From a virus, in the IMG/VR virus record IMGVR_UViG_3300028920_002953, positions 7,848 to 71,847 of that record: DNA of 64,000 bases; one strand, 5' to 3'. The translations under genes and the position numbers were made by a program. The notes below the pieces were generated by a model that had not been told where the DNA came from, ran no database searches, and saw only the letters and a program-made list of their open reading frames with translations. Shown here one piece after another: positions 8,824 to 18,917 of this stretch; position 1 is the first letter of the stretch, and every line of letters begins with the position of its first letter.

Positions 8824-9905
8824 TGAAATTGACGATACCATATGAGATGAGATTTTTTGACTCCTCATTTTGTGATCTCATCTTCAAAGGGAAATTGCAT
8901 ATGCCATCCGCATCTATTAGAATAAACAAAGGGAACGAAGCATATATCGATATGCCAACCGTCACGAATTTCTCAATCAGTCTTGATCGTTCAAACCCTC
9001 TTTCCACCTTCACCTTCAATATATCGAAGGCATCAGAATGGAATCCAAGATTGAAAACAGATCTCTTGGTTCCTTACATTGGGAATGAAGTCGAGATCTT
9101 TTATGGTAGGGGGGACATCCAATCGATTCAAGTCATGATCGGGTTGATTAGGAGCGTATCGGAATCTTATGTCTCCGCCGCAACTAATTCCATCAATATT
9201 TCCGGAGTGAATCTTGCGAGGCGATTGGAATTGTCGAAAGATCTATGGTCATCTGATGAATATACGGGTTATTCGAAAGCACTCGTCGAGTATTGGTGCG
9301 AACAGGCGGGAATAGAGTATGCTCTATCCTTCACCGATTATCTCTCGCTCACGTCGTTCTCACTGAGTTATCAGAATGCTCTCGCCGGTTTGAATGATAT
9401 GAGGACATCATGGGGTCCAGATGTAGAAGCGTATATTGATTCATTCGGAAAACTGATCGTTCGTGATGTCGCAGAATCGTCACCAGAGTTTTACTACGAC
9501 GAAACTGACATAACTCAGATCGACATCGTTGGGTCCTCAGAAGATGTGTATACCAAAGTAGAAGTAACAGGAGCAACCGACCCGATCTATGCTGAAGCGA
9601 TTGCCTCGTCTTCTTATCTTTCTAAATACGGTACAGTCACGTTTTCAATTTTTACCTCACTCGTAGAAACCCAGACTCACGCAGAGAGATTGGCCGATGC
9701 TTATTTACGGGAGGGATTAAGACAAGGAAGTCAAATTAAATTTACGTCTCTTCTCAATCCTTATCTTACAGTAGGTAGCGTTATCTCTATCAAAGATAGT
9801 CGCCTCTCCGGCATTGGTCGGCAATCCGTGAGGGTAACAAAGATCACTCATGGGTTTACTTCCAACAGGAATCATTCCTCTACGGTGGAGGGTTATTTCA
9901 TATGA
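8823..9905 (+). CDS. baseplate hub / Tal-like protein
   Basis: Hub-like pattern (YIDSFGKLIVR...YTKVEVTG...SKYG...NPYLTVGSVI...VTKITH). Confidence 0.65.
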   Translation: MKLTIPYEMRFFDSSFCDLIFKGKLHMPSASIRINKGNEAYIDMPTVTNFSISLDRSNPLSTFTFNISKASEWNPRLKTDLLVPYIGNEVEIFYGRGDIQSIQVMIGLIRSVSESYVSAATNSINISGVNLARRLELSKDLWSSDEYTGYSKALVEYWCEQAGIEYALSFTDYLSLTSFSLSYQNALAGLNDMRTSWGPDVEAYIDSFGKLIVRDVAESSPEFYYDETDITQIDIVGSSEDVYTKVEVTGATDPIYAEAIASSSYLSKYGTVTFSIFTSLVETQTHAERLADAYLREGLRQGSQIKFTSLLNPYLTVGSVISIKDSRLSGIGRQSVRVTKITHGFTSNRNHSSTVEGYFI

Positions 9906-12541
9906 GTTATGCCGTCATCACTTATGCCGACTCGGCAAACAATCTATATCAAATAAAATTTCCGGGTAATAACTTTGCCTACTGGGCAAAAGGAATCACC
10001 AAGGATGAACTCGAAGAGGGAGCCAAAGTCAGGGCAGTTGATATCAATAATTGGTATCCCGAAAAGTCAAAGCAGATTGGCGATTCTTATATCCGCTTGG
10101 TTCCCAATGTTGGAGCTTATTCTCAAACTCCTGATCGGAGATGGGCCGATCCTATTGATTTGATCAAGCAGAAGAAAGCAGAAGCCGGATCTGTTCTCTT
10201 TTATATCTTCTCACATAAAGACAATCCCAGATGGCAGGAAGAGTATCCCCTTTATCGTAAGGGTAAAATAATATCCAAGATTGACACCAAGAATGTTGAG
10301 GTCAGATTGGATGCTTCCGTCTTCTCCCCAGAGAGAGAAGTGATCCAATGCCCGGTCAATTACATGCAATGCGATGCTGAAGCCTTTGACGTAGGAGATA
10401 CCGTAGTTGTTCAATATGCTAATCAAGTCCTCCGTCATCCTCGAGTGATCGGTTTCTGGGATGATCCAAAGTCCTGTGATAAAGTTCCCCTCCTCATTCT
10501 CATTGGTAATGATGGAATTGGATATGATTGGTTCGTTTATTCTATTGGAGATAATCAACTTCTTACTGGGTATAAACATAGCCACACTCTACAGGATGTC
10601 TTTAAGCAGTATGCCCCCGTCGTAGAGGCGGATGATATCTATGTTTTCAGAGGGAGACATGGGATTGAAGATAGTGATCTTGAAAGTACAAATCCCTGCG
10701 TAATTGGAGAGAATGCCTGTGATGGTTGTAGCGAAGTCTATCGTCACAATGAGATTCATCAGGGAGATAATAAAAATCGGCAGGCAGTTCAAACATTCAC
10801 TACTTGGTGGGAAGATGACTGTGACGATAAGGGAGGGTATCCGGCCATCCCAGCAGGAACAGTATCTTATAGAGGAACGAGGAAACTAAATCACTGTAAG
10901 GATTTCACGAATGGATTGATGGGAGGATTGGCTCCTGTGATCAAGACTCCTCAGGGATTCAATACCAAGGCCATCTTCCAGAGTAATCAATGGACTGAGG
11001 AATTCTCCAACGCTTACTATGATGCTTATGCCAACGCCGATTATTTCCTTCGTTCCAATATTCAATTGATCACTCCCATTGGTATTGAAGACTTTGAGGA
11101 TCATGATGAGACAGCAGAGTTCGGAAAGGATGATAGCAAAACTCCATGGGTTCCATTCGCTGCTCCAAAGTCTTATAAGCAGGATACTCTTCTGAGAATT
11201 CCAAACTTATCAGGATTACCCAGAGCCAAGTGGTGGATGCAATCGAAGTTCACTACAGAATGCATGTATCAATTATATGTCTGGCATGGAGTGATGAGAA
11301 GAAAGAGCGTATACTATAGTTGGCATAATGCTCTTGATAATCATTGGATCTGTTCTTGGTATAAGTTGATCAATAACAAAGGAGAATTAACTGGGACAGT
11401 ATCTCCTCCAATAGCATCGGCAGAACTTTGGTTTAATGAGTTATCTCTGGGGTCGGCGATGATTGCGGGGGTCGTTGGAACTACTCCCGTCAATGAGCAG
11501 GTGATGTCTAAAAATGGGAGGATGTTGGAAGTTTCTTTATCTTCTAATGGAAACTATCGAGTATCTGGGGAACCATGGACATATCCCATTGCTATCCTCT
11601 ATACCTACAAGGTTTCATGGGAGGATTATGATCCATCTTTCCTTGCGCCAAATGATCTGGCGATGGCAGACTATCGGACTTCTATTGATGGAACAAGAAC
11701 TTCTTATACTGAGAGTTTCTTCCGCCAAACTAAAGTCATGGCTGCAGCCGATATAGTTGACGTTGATCCTGTCGATCCATTAAGCCAATCTCGGTTGGTT
11801 ATTCTTGAAGAGGCTATTGAGGGGCTAATAAATTATTCCGAGCAAAGACAGGTGGCTGCCGGCGTTATTGAATCCAACCAGACAATCGGAGGAACCCTTG
11901 ATACATTCGTTGTAGAGTTCGTGTCCTCATCCTCTTCTTCTTCCAATTCATGGTCATCCACCTCAGTATCAAGCAGTTCTAAGTCGTCATCCTCATGCTC
12001 CTCATCCTCTACATCATTTTCCCTTTCAAGTTCATCTGAGTCGTCCTCCTCGAGTTCTTCGTCATCTACATCAATCAGCGTATCCTCCTCATCCTCATCC
12101 TACGCGGGTGATCGATTGGGATTGATGTTCGAGTTTATCGATATCATGAATGCTGAGAGAGATTTACTGAATCTCAGTCCTTGTGTCTATAATCCTAATC
12201 TTACTCTTGCCGCTAAAAGGCATGCTCTGGATATGGCGGACAGGCAGGACATCAGTCATCAGGGATCAGATGGAACTTGGCCACCGGAGAGAATAGAGGA
12301 TGCTTTTTATAATGACGGAGGAGATACTTTCATCGTGGGTGAGAATGCTGCCTACGGAGGATCGTCTGCTCAGGATGTTTTCGATATATGGAAGGATTCC
12401 CCTCCCCACTATAATGCGATGGTAGATGGGAGGTTCAAAGAGGTAGGGTTCTATTTCCAGATCAATCATGACGATGGGCTGATCTATTGGTGCTTGACAT
12501 TTGGTACTCACGCAGAACACAAATGCACAGTTGAAAGGTAG
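9902..12541 (+). CDS. tail spike/tip protein with poly-Ser linker and C-terminal CAP (SCP) domain
   Basis: N-terminal OB/spike-like segment; 59-aa Ser tract; CAP motifs AAKRHALDM..SHQGSDG..GENAAYG..W.DSPPHYNAM..EVG. Confidence 0.75.
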   Translation: MSYAVITYADSANNLYQIKFPGNNFAYWAKGITKDELEEGAKVRAVDINNWYPEKSKQIGDSYIRLVPNVGAYSQTPDRRWADPIDLIKQKKAEAGSVLFYIFSHKDNPRWQEEYPLYRKGKIISKIDTKNVEVRLDASVFSPEREVIQCPVNYMQCDAEAFDVGDTVVVQYANQVLRHPRVIGFWDDPKSCDKVPLLILIGNDGIGYDWFVYSIGDNQLLTGYKHSHTLQDVFKQYAPVVEADDIYVFRGRHGIEDSDLESTNPCVIGENACDGCSEVYRHNEIHQGDNKNRQAVQTFTTWWEDDCDDKGGYPAIPAGTVSYRGTRKLNHCKDFTNGLMGGLAPVIKTPQGFNTKAIFQSNQWTEEFSNAYYDAYANADYFLRSNIQLITPIGIEDFEDHDETAEFGKDDSKTPWVPFAAPKSYKQDTLLRIPNLSGLPRAKWWMQSKFTTECMYQLYVWHGVMRRKSVYYSWHNALDNHWICSWYKLINNKGELTGTVSPPIASAELWFNELSLGSAMIAGVVGTTPVNEQVMSKNGRMLEVSLSSNGNYRVSGEPWTYPIAILYTYKVSWEDYDPSFLAPNDLAMADYRTSIDGTRTSYTESFFRQTKVMAAADIVDVDPVDPLSQSRLVILEEAIEGLINYSEQRQVAAGVIESNQTIGGTLDTFVVEFVSSSSSSSNSWSSTSVSSSSKSSSSCSSSSTSFSLSSSSESSSSSSSSSTSISVSSSSSSYAGDRLGLMFEFIDIMNAERDLLNLSPCVYNPNLTLAAKRHALDMADRQDISHQGSDGTWPPERIEDAFYNDGGDTFIVGENAAYGGSSAQDVFDIWKDSPPHYNAMVDGRFKEVGFYFQINHDDGLIYWCLTFGTHAEHKCTVER
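11924..12100 (+). repeat. poly-serine coding tract
   Basis: About 59 codons, mostly Ser, mixed TCN and AGY. Confidence 0.95.
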
Positions 12542-12546
12542 AGACT

Positions 12547-13620
12547 ATGGAATCGAATAAAAATATCAAGCGCATAATGATCGAGCAATGGGATGGCAAG
12601 TCTGACAAGGAATTTGACCCATGTTCACTGTACAATTGGCGCTTAGATTGGCTTGAGAAGAAAGTCAAACAACATCGTGACCGTGGGTTAGAACATAGTG
12701 ATGCGCAATACCAACGCTGGTGGGATGAGGAACACAAGGTTTATCAAAACAATGATCGTGATTTAAAGTCTGCTCAAAGACTGAGAAAGAAAGTGGCAAT
12801 TATTGTTCCATCCCATTATTATCAAGTGAAATGGTTGGGTGCTTGTCTCGATTCATGTAGGAAAACCGGATACTTTACATTGTTGGCATACGACAACCCC
12901 TTCTATGCAGAAAACCTACAGGTTGAAAGAAGGATGCCGTCTACGGCTACATTGATGAAAGCCGATGCTTTAATGATGAAACACAAAACATGGGCCTCTG
13001 GTGTGGGCATTCCCCATGCATGGAATATGTGGTATGGCTTGAAAATGCTTTGGTCGATGGGGTTTGAATATGTATTTAACCTTAACGGTGATTGCATTTT
13101 GGAAAAACCCGAGAACTTTTACATGTTGTTTGAAATGCTTGAATATCACGACATGGTAACTTGCGAGTATATCCCAAAGAAAAACTATGCCGGTACGATG
13201 GCATGGTTGACCAAGATAGATATTGCAATGGATATATGGGATACCTATGTGCGCAAGATTTATACTTTCAATGTAGGCAATGCAGAGGCCCGTATGGGCA
13301 AACACTGCCATGAAAACGGTTACAGAATTAGAATAGTTGACAATCCGTATGAAGCCCATTTCAAATGCTTTCCTCCGGGTGACGAAAAGAATGAAATAAC
13401 AGAGAGGTCAACGTTTCGCAAACACTTTGGGCTTAGACATTTGCATGCTGAGCACAAGGTAAGGCGTGACTTTAGAATGGAACCGGTGGAACGCAAGTAT
13501 TGTGATTTTGGCCCCAATATGATATTCCTCAACCGTTCTGAACAAACAACCTTAGTCCCTTATTGGGAAACTGGCGATAAGAAGTATCTTGAAGGGTGGT
13601 GGGATGGTAAAGTACTTTAA
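12547..13620 (+). CDS. putative GT-A fold (GT2-like) glycosyltransferase
   Basis: VAIIVPSH...LGACLDSC...LLAYDNP nucleotide-binding start and FEYVFNLNGDCIL DxD-like strand. Confidence 0.6.
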   Translation: MESNKNIKRIMIEQWDGKSDKEFDPCSLYNWRLDWLEKKVKQHRDRGLEHSDAQYQRWWDEEHKVYQNNDRDLKSAQRLRKKVAIIVPSHYYQVKWLGACLDSCRKTGYFTLLAYDNPFYAENLQVERRMPSTATLMKADALMMKHKTWASGVGIPHAWNMWYGLKMLWSMGFEYVFNLNGDCILEKPENFYMLFEMLEYHDMVTCEYIPKKNYAGTMAWLTKIDIAMDIWDTYVRKIYTFNVGNAEARMGKHCHENGYRIRIVDNPYEAHFKCFPPGDEKNEITERSTFRKHFGLRHLHAEHKVRRDFRMEPVERKYCDFGPNMIFLNRSEQTTLVPYWETGDKKYLEGWWDGKVL

Positions 13621-13637
13621 TAGAACGGAGCGAGTGA

Positions 13638-14576
13638 ATGGAACGTAAGATTTACTATTACTTGGATAAAGTGGAGCGGTTAGTTAAAGGTGAACCAACG
13701 ATGCCGGTGTCAGTGGAAATTGATCCTACCAATCGTTGTCAGTTGATGTGTGACTTTTGCATGTTTGCCAAAGTACGAGAGAGTAATCCTAAAGATTTAC
13801 CAATGGATTTGTATCGGTATCTGTTGTTGGATTTGAAAAAAGTATTTGTGCGATCTATTACATTCACAGGTGGTGGAGAACCTACGCTTCATAAAAACTT
13901 TCACGATATGGTAGACTATGCCATAGCGTTAGGTTTTGAAGTTGGTTTGGTCACAAATGGTTTAAGAATCGATGGTATACCAAGGCCAGACCGGTTCAAA
14001 TTTATTCGAGTGTCTTTGGATGCTGCAACGCCAGAAGTCTATCACAAAGTAAAAGGTGTTGCATGCTTTGAAAGAGTCATATCAAATATCAAGATAGCGA
14101 AGAGCCACGGAGCGCTGGTTGGCATTTCTTTTGTTGTGAATGAAACCAACAAGGTTGACATACCCAAAGCGCAAGAACTGGCTAAGGAATTGGACGTTGC
14201 TTACATTCAATTCAAGCCAGCATGGTATAACGGGAGCAAATATGATGACTACGTTATTCCGGGTGTTCAAGAGAACAAAACAATCAGGACGGATAGATAT
14301 GTTGCTGTTGATGATCTGCCTTGTGCTATTGCTGGCCTCGTTGGGATTGTATGTGCTGATGGAAAAGTATACTATTGTTGTCAGTATCGTGGCATTGATC
14401 GGTTTTGTCTTGGTGATCTTCGGAGTGGTTCGTTTGCTGACATCTGGGATCGACGTGTAAATATGCATCCTGACTTTGAACGCTGTCCTCATTGTCGTTA
14501 TATGAATTATGCAAAGGCATACAAAGACTTGGTGGAAGGTGGCACCATGTTTTTTAAGCATCGTAACTTCTTATAG
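13638..14576 (+). CDS. radical SAM enzyme with C-terminal SPASM/twitch domain
   Basis: CQLMCDFC (CxxxCxxC), TGGGEP, VTNG, RVSLDA, then C...ADGKVYYCC...LGDL...CPHC. Confidence 0.92.
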   Translation: MERKIYYYLDKVERLVKGEPTMPVSVEIDPTNRCQLMCDFCMFAKVRESNPKDLPMDLYRYLLLDLKKVFVRSITFTGGGEPTLHKNFHDMVDYAIALGFEVGLVTNGLRIDGIPRPDRFKFIRVSLDAATPEVYHKVKGVACFERVISNIKIAKSHGALVGISFVVNETNKVDIPKAQELAKELDVAYIQFKPAWYNGSKYDDYVIPGVQENKTIRTDRYVAVDDLPCAIAGLVGIVCADGKVYYCCQYRGIDRFCLGDLRSGSFADIWDRRVNMHPDFERCPHCRYMNYAKAYKDLVEGGTMFFKHRNFL

Positions 14577-14585
14577 GATAAGATA

Positions 14586-17500
14586 ATGGTAGCTTGGGCC
14601 GGAGTAGGTATCAACCTTATAGGATCATCTGCTTACGCAATAAGCGGAACTCAGATTACATGGACTTGGAGAAATAGTAATCAAGCTTCTGCATTCTTGG
14701 ATGTTGTTCTTGATAGCGGTCAATGGTATATGGAGTTCCAAGCTGGATACTCCCTTACTCATAATGTGGGTGTTCGCCTATCCACAATGAACTTTCCATT
14801 TGGTGATCAGCTTGGTGATTACCGGGACAATGAAGCATGGCAAGAACATCCAGATCATATATCTTATCGTGGTGATGGTCAACTATGGTATGACCAATCC
14901 GGCAATACTTTTGGAAGTGCTTACACCGGCAATGATATCATTGGTGTGGCTATTGATGCCACCGAAGGTAAGATATGGTTCAGTAAAAACGGTGTTTGGC
15001 AGGGTAGTGGTAATCCAGCGACAGGAGCAAATCCGGCTTATACTTATGGGCGTGGTTATTCATTCCGTGTTGGCATATCGACCAATGTTACTAATGGTTG
15101 GTATAAACATCAGGCAACCGAAGCTCTCTGTGATTACAGCGCACCAAGTGGATTCTACTATTTGGATGAAAGTTCCAGTTCATCGTCATCTTCTCTTTCA
15201 TCTTCCAGTAGTTCCCGTTCATCCTCTTCTCGTTCACTTGTTACAGGCAAATGGGATTCCAGCAACCTAACGCCAGAGGCTCATTCTCTATCTAATAAAG
15301 ACAGAACGGTCACTCATTCCGGCACATCAGATATATCTGCCATTATGGGTCTCCCATCGAAGAGTGCGGGCCGGTGGTACTTTGAAACAAAGTTTACTAC
15401 CCACGGAGCATTCCAAGTCATAGGTATTGCCAACGAATCCTATGTTTTCGATGATGAATATACTCCCGGTGGTACTGCTTATGAATGGGTCTTCCGCACC
15501 GACAACCGAAGATACTACAATGACAATACACAAACAGGAAGTATTGGAAGTTCATTAGTCGATGGTGATATTGTTGGCGTAGCCTTTGATATCAGTAGAG
15601 GGAGAATTTGGTTTAGTGTAAATGGTGTTTGGCAGAATTCTCCAACTGAAGGACAACCGGGAGAGCCTCACAATAATAAGTATCCGGCAATGACCGGTAT
15701 CACTGGAAACTCATTTACTCCTGTTGCATGTACTTATATTGATGGCGATGTAATGGAGATGCAGGGTGACTGGTATGATCAAACATACAGCGCACCCACA
15801 GGGTTTCTTGACTTCTTCCCTATGGATTGGAGTTTCTCAAGTAGCTCATCCAGTTCCACTTCAAGTTCCAGTTCATCCCGTTCCAGTTCATCAACTTCTG
15901 AATCAAGTTCTTCCCGTTCATCGAGTTCATCATCAAGGTCTTCCAGTAGCCGTTCATCCAGCTCAAGTAGCCGTTCATCCAGTTCAAGTAGCAGCAGCAG
16001 TCGGTCATCCAGTTCATCCAGTTCAAGTTCTTGTCGATCATCAAGTTCATCGTCACGATCCAGTAGCAGTAGTTCAAGCTCATGTAAATCCAGTAGTAGT
16101 AGCTCTGCTGCTATTTATGATATTAAGGATGGGTGGGAAATTGGCAATGCCGGTATCTTTGTTGGCAACAATGATCGTGTTGCAACTATGCTTTCCAGCA
16201 ATTCCCATTCGTGTTTGTCCAAATGGATTCACTCACATGGAAAGTTCTATTGGGAAGTAGACTTTCCGGTTAGTACTTATGCGGCAAGTTTTGGGATTGC
16301 TCTGCGCAACCAACCCTATGAAGAAGATGATTGGGGCATGATCCTTAATTTTAATTTACAGGATCAAACGGGTACAAAGCGATCTTATGCTTGGCATATG
16401 GCGTCTGGATATATTTGGTCAAATTACATGTTGAAGTATGATCCGGGTGCAGTTTATATGGGGAGGTATTCATTTACTACTGGTTTAGGATACAATGATC
16501 CGCACACCTTGATGATGGCCCTTGATATAGACAGGGGAAGATTTTGGGTGGGGGTAGATGGTGATTGGATTGGTGATGGTGGTAATCCAGAGACCCCTGC
16601 CGATCCTGAGACCGGTTTCTATCCAACATATCACAAGCATACTTTTGACCCTTATAGTTGGAGCGGTATTTATCTTTATGATCTTGAATACAGGGATTAT
16701 ACTTGGGATCGCCCAATTGATTTCAAATACAAACAAGTCTCTGCTGCCGTTACGTTGGGCAACGAAAGTAATATTGCCAAGTCGAGATTTGCTGATTGGC
16801 AATGGGAATATGAAGCACCCGAAGGGTTTGTATCACCTTTGACTTTACCGGTAGATGTGAGTTCATCTTCGAGCAGTTCAAGTTCTGCTTCTACTTATAG
16901 TTCATCGTCTTTTTCCAGCAGTAGTAGCTCCTCCCGTTCATGTTATATGGATCATGCGTTGCATACCTTTACAGGTAATGACGGTGACAGGGCAAACAAT
17001 AACATGTGGGATACGGTAGAAGTTGGTAGAATCCCGCACCAATTAAGAATCAAAGACAACCAGTTAAGATTTATTTCTCCTGTTGGCCCCGATAAATATG
17101 AATCATATATCCAATCGCGTTTTACTATTAGTGGTGATTTTGATGTCAGGGTTGAGTTTGGCGTTGAGGAGTACTTGCTTACAAATGCCGCTGTTGATAT
17201 ACCCAATGGGGATTCTGTGTTTCCCGAACTGGCGGTCTACTCTGTCAATGGTGATAACAAGCTTGGATCAATCAAACGCTTTTTCTTCTATGAAGATGCC
17301 GTTGATGAGTACGATGGTTACGAATGGTTTAATGGTCAGGACTCTGTAGGTGGCACATATTACACCGATCACCCATCATTGATCTTTTATGGCACACTTA
17401 GAATTGTCAGGGAGTCAGGTGTAATCAAGTGTTGGTATCACGATCCACGCTATGAGAACCCTTGGGCATTTGCTGATAACTTTGATCCGATAGAACTCAA

Positions 17501-18917
17501 TCGTGATGGTGTTGTATTATTTGATGGGTATAGCTTGGATGTTTACTTTAGAGTTTACTTCTCTCGATATGATGTGGATGATCCAGACAACGAAAACAAT
17601 TGGGGTTATGTCGATGCGTGGGCTGACAATTTTCAAGTCTATAGTGCTGATAATATTAACTGTTTAGGTAGTTTGTCATTGTCTTCGAGTAGCTCCTCTC
17701 TCAGCACATGGTCTACAAGTAGCTCGTGTTCATGTTCATCATCTTCTACCTCTTGGTCTTCATCCTCATCTTCTTTCTCAACGCCAACGGAAGGTTTGAG
17801 TTCTTACATACTTAGTTTAGACCCCGAAGTATATTATAAGTTTGATGAGACATCAGGCACAACAATGGTGGATGCAGCTAACAAATTTGGTGATAACCGC
17901 TACGATGGTTTGTATTCTGGCGACTATACTTTGAATCAAACATCATTGGTTGGGGATGGGCAAGCATCTGTTGATTTCAGTGATGGTCGTGGTTGTATCT
18001 CTGCTATTACAATGGACAGGGACAATCCCGGAACATGGGCCATTGCTGGTGTTTTTAAACCTACGACAGTAGAAGCTGGTATGATTATTGCTTCGTCTAA
18101 TGAAGGAGAAGAGGTAACATATTATACTCAGGCCCGTATGATTATTGGTATTGATCCAGCTCCAGAACAAATGAACTTGGAAGACAATCTGTTGTCGGTG
18201 TCTTACTTTCATAGAATAGATCCAGATACCCAACTTTCAAACAGAACAGTAGTAAAAAGCACAACGCCGATTGTTGCGGGTAACACGTATGCCTATGCCG
18301 TTGTATGCAATGGAGAATCAATCAAGCTGTATTTGAATGGCGTGTTGGAAGGTGAATCTTTCAGAACAGGTTATACTCTTAGCCTTGAGTTTAGTGCTCG
18401 TTTATGCTTTGGCGATGCATATGTATTTGAGGATTATAGTAGAAGTTTCCAAGGCACAATGGATGATTCATGCAGCTTTTTCAGAGAACTAAGCTACATG
18501 GAAGTTTCCACCATTGCATACAAAGCAGGATTGATGGACACTACGGATGGAAGACATTGGGGTTGGACGCCACCTTCCCCAAGTGGGTATGATACCTTGC
18601 AATGGTCTTTGTGGAATTTTAAAGGGCATGATGATAGCGAAGCCCGTTATGATACCGTTTATGGTAGTCTCATGCTTAATACGGGTGAAGAAGTTGTTTC
18701 CAATGTAGTTGACTTTGGCGATTTTGAGGAAGGCAGATACAAAGAAATTGTCATTGATAAGGATCAACAATCAACCGGCAGAGGCAATGCATCTATTCAA
18801 TACAGATTGTCAAATGATCTATTCACTGTAGATGCCAGTTCCCCATCTTGGCAAAACTACACTGGTGAAATACACATTACTTCGAGATACTTTCAAGTGA
18901 AAGTGACGGCCCTGTAA
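14586..18917 (+). CDS. modular tail fibre/adhesin: 3 SPRY domains, lectin-like domain, LamG domain and C-terminal domain, with poly-Ser linkers
   Basis: SPRY signatures G.WY.E and GD.IGVA.D...GKIWFSKNGVW repeated; LamG signature YYKFDETSG...KLYLNGV...FQGTMDD. Confidence 0.8.
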   Translation: MVAWAGVGINLIGSSAYAISGTQITWTWRNSNQASAFLDVVLDSGQWYMEFQAGYSLTHNVGVRLSTMNFPFGDQLGDYRDNEAWQEHPDHISYRGDGQLWYDQSGNTFGSAYTGNDIIGVAIDATEGKIWFSKNGVWQGSGNPATGANPAYTYGRGYSFRVGISTNVTNGWYKHQATEALCDYSAPSGFYYLDESSSSSSSSLSSSSSSRSSSSRSLVTGKWDSSNLTPEAHSLSNKDRTVTHSGTSDISAIMGLPSKSAGRWYFETKFTTHGAFQVIGIANESYVFDDEYTPGGTAYEWVFRTDNRRYYNDNTQTGSIGSSLVDGDIVGVAFDISRGRIWFSVNGVWQNSPTEGQPGEPHNNKYPAMTGITGNSFTPVACTYIDGDVMEMQGDWYDQTYSAPTGFLDFFPMDWSFSSSSSSSTSSSSSSRSSSSTSESSSSRSSSSSSRSSSSRSSSSSSRSSSSSSSSSRSSSSSSSSSCRSSSSSSRSSSSSSSSCKSSSSSSAAIYDIKDGWEIGNAGIFVGNNDRVATMLSSNSHSCLSKWIHSHGKFYWEVDFPVSTYAASFGIALRNQPYEEDDWGMILNFNLQDQTGTKRSYAWHMASGYIWSNYMLKYDPGAVYMGRYSFTTGLGYNDPHTLMMALDIDRGRFWVGVDGDWIGDGGNPETPADPETGFYPTYHKHTFDPYSWSGIYLYDLEYRDYTWDRPIDFKYKQVSAAVTLGNESNIAKSRFADWQWEYEAPEGFVSPLTLPVDVSSSSSSSSSASTYSSSSFSSSSSSSRSCYMDHALHTFTGNDGDRANNNMWDTVEVGRIPHQLRIKDNQLRFISPVGPDKYESYIQSRFTISGDFDVRVEFGVEEYLLTNAAVDIPNGDSVFPELAVYSVNGDNKLGSIKRFFFYEDAVDEYDGYEWFNGQDSVGGTYYTDHPSLIFYGTLRIVRESGVIKCWYHDPRYENPWAFADNFDPIELNRDGVVLFDGYSLDVYFRVYFSRYDVDDPDNENNWGYVDAWADNFQVYSADNINCLGSLSLSSSSSSLSTWSTSSSCSCSSSSTSWSSSSSSFSTPTEGLSSYILSLDPEVYYKFDETSGTTMVDAANKFGDNRYDGLYSGDYTLNQTSLVGDGQASVDFSDGRGCISAITMDRDNPGTWAIAGVFKPTTVEAGMIIASSNEGEEVTYYTQARMIIGIDPAPEQMNLEDNLLSVSYFHRIDPDTQLSNRTVVKSTTPIVAGNTYAYAVVCNGESIKLYLNGVLEGESFRTGYTLSLEFSARLCFGDAYVFEDYSRSFQGTMDDSCSFFRELSYMEVSTIAYKAGLMDTTDGRHWGWTPPSPSGYDTLQWSLWNFKGHDDSEARYDTVYGSLMLNTGEEVVSNVVDFGDFEEGRYKEIVIDKDQQSTGRGNASIQYRLSNDLFTVDASSPSWQNYTGEIHITSRYFQVKVTAL
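15831..16106 (+). repeat. poly-serine coding tract
   Basis: About 92 codons of Ser punctuated by R, T, E, C and K. Confidence 0.95.
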
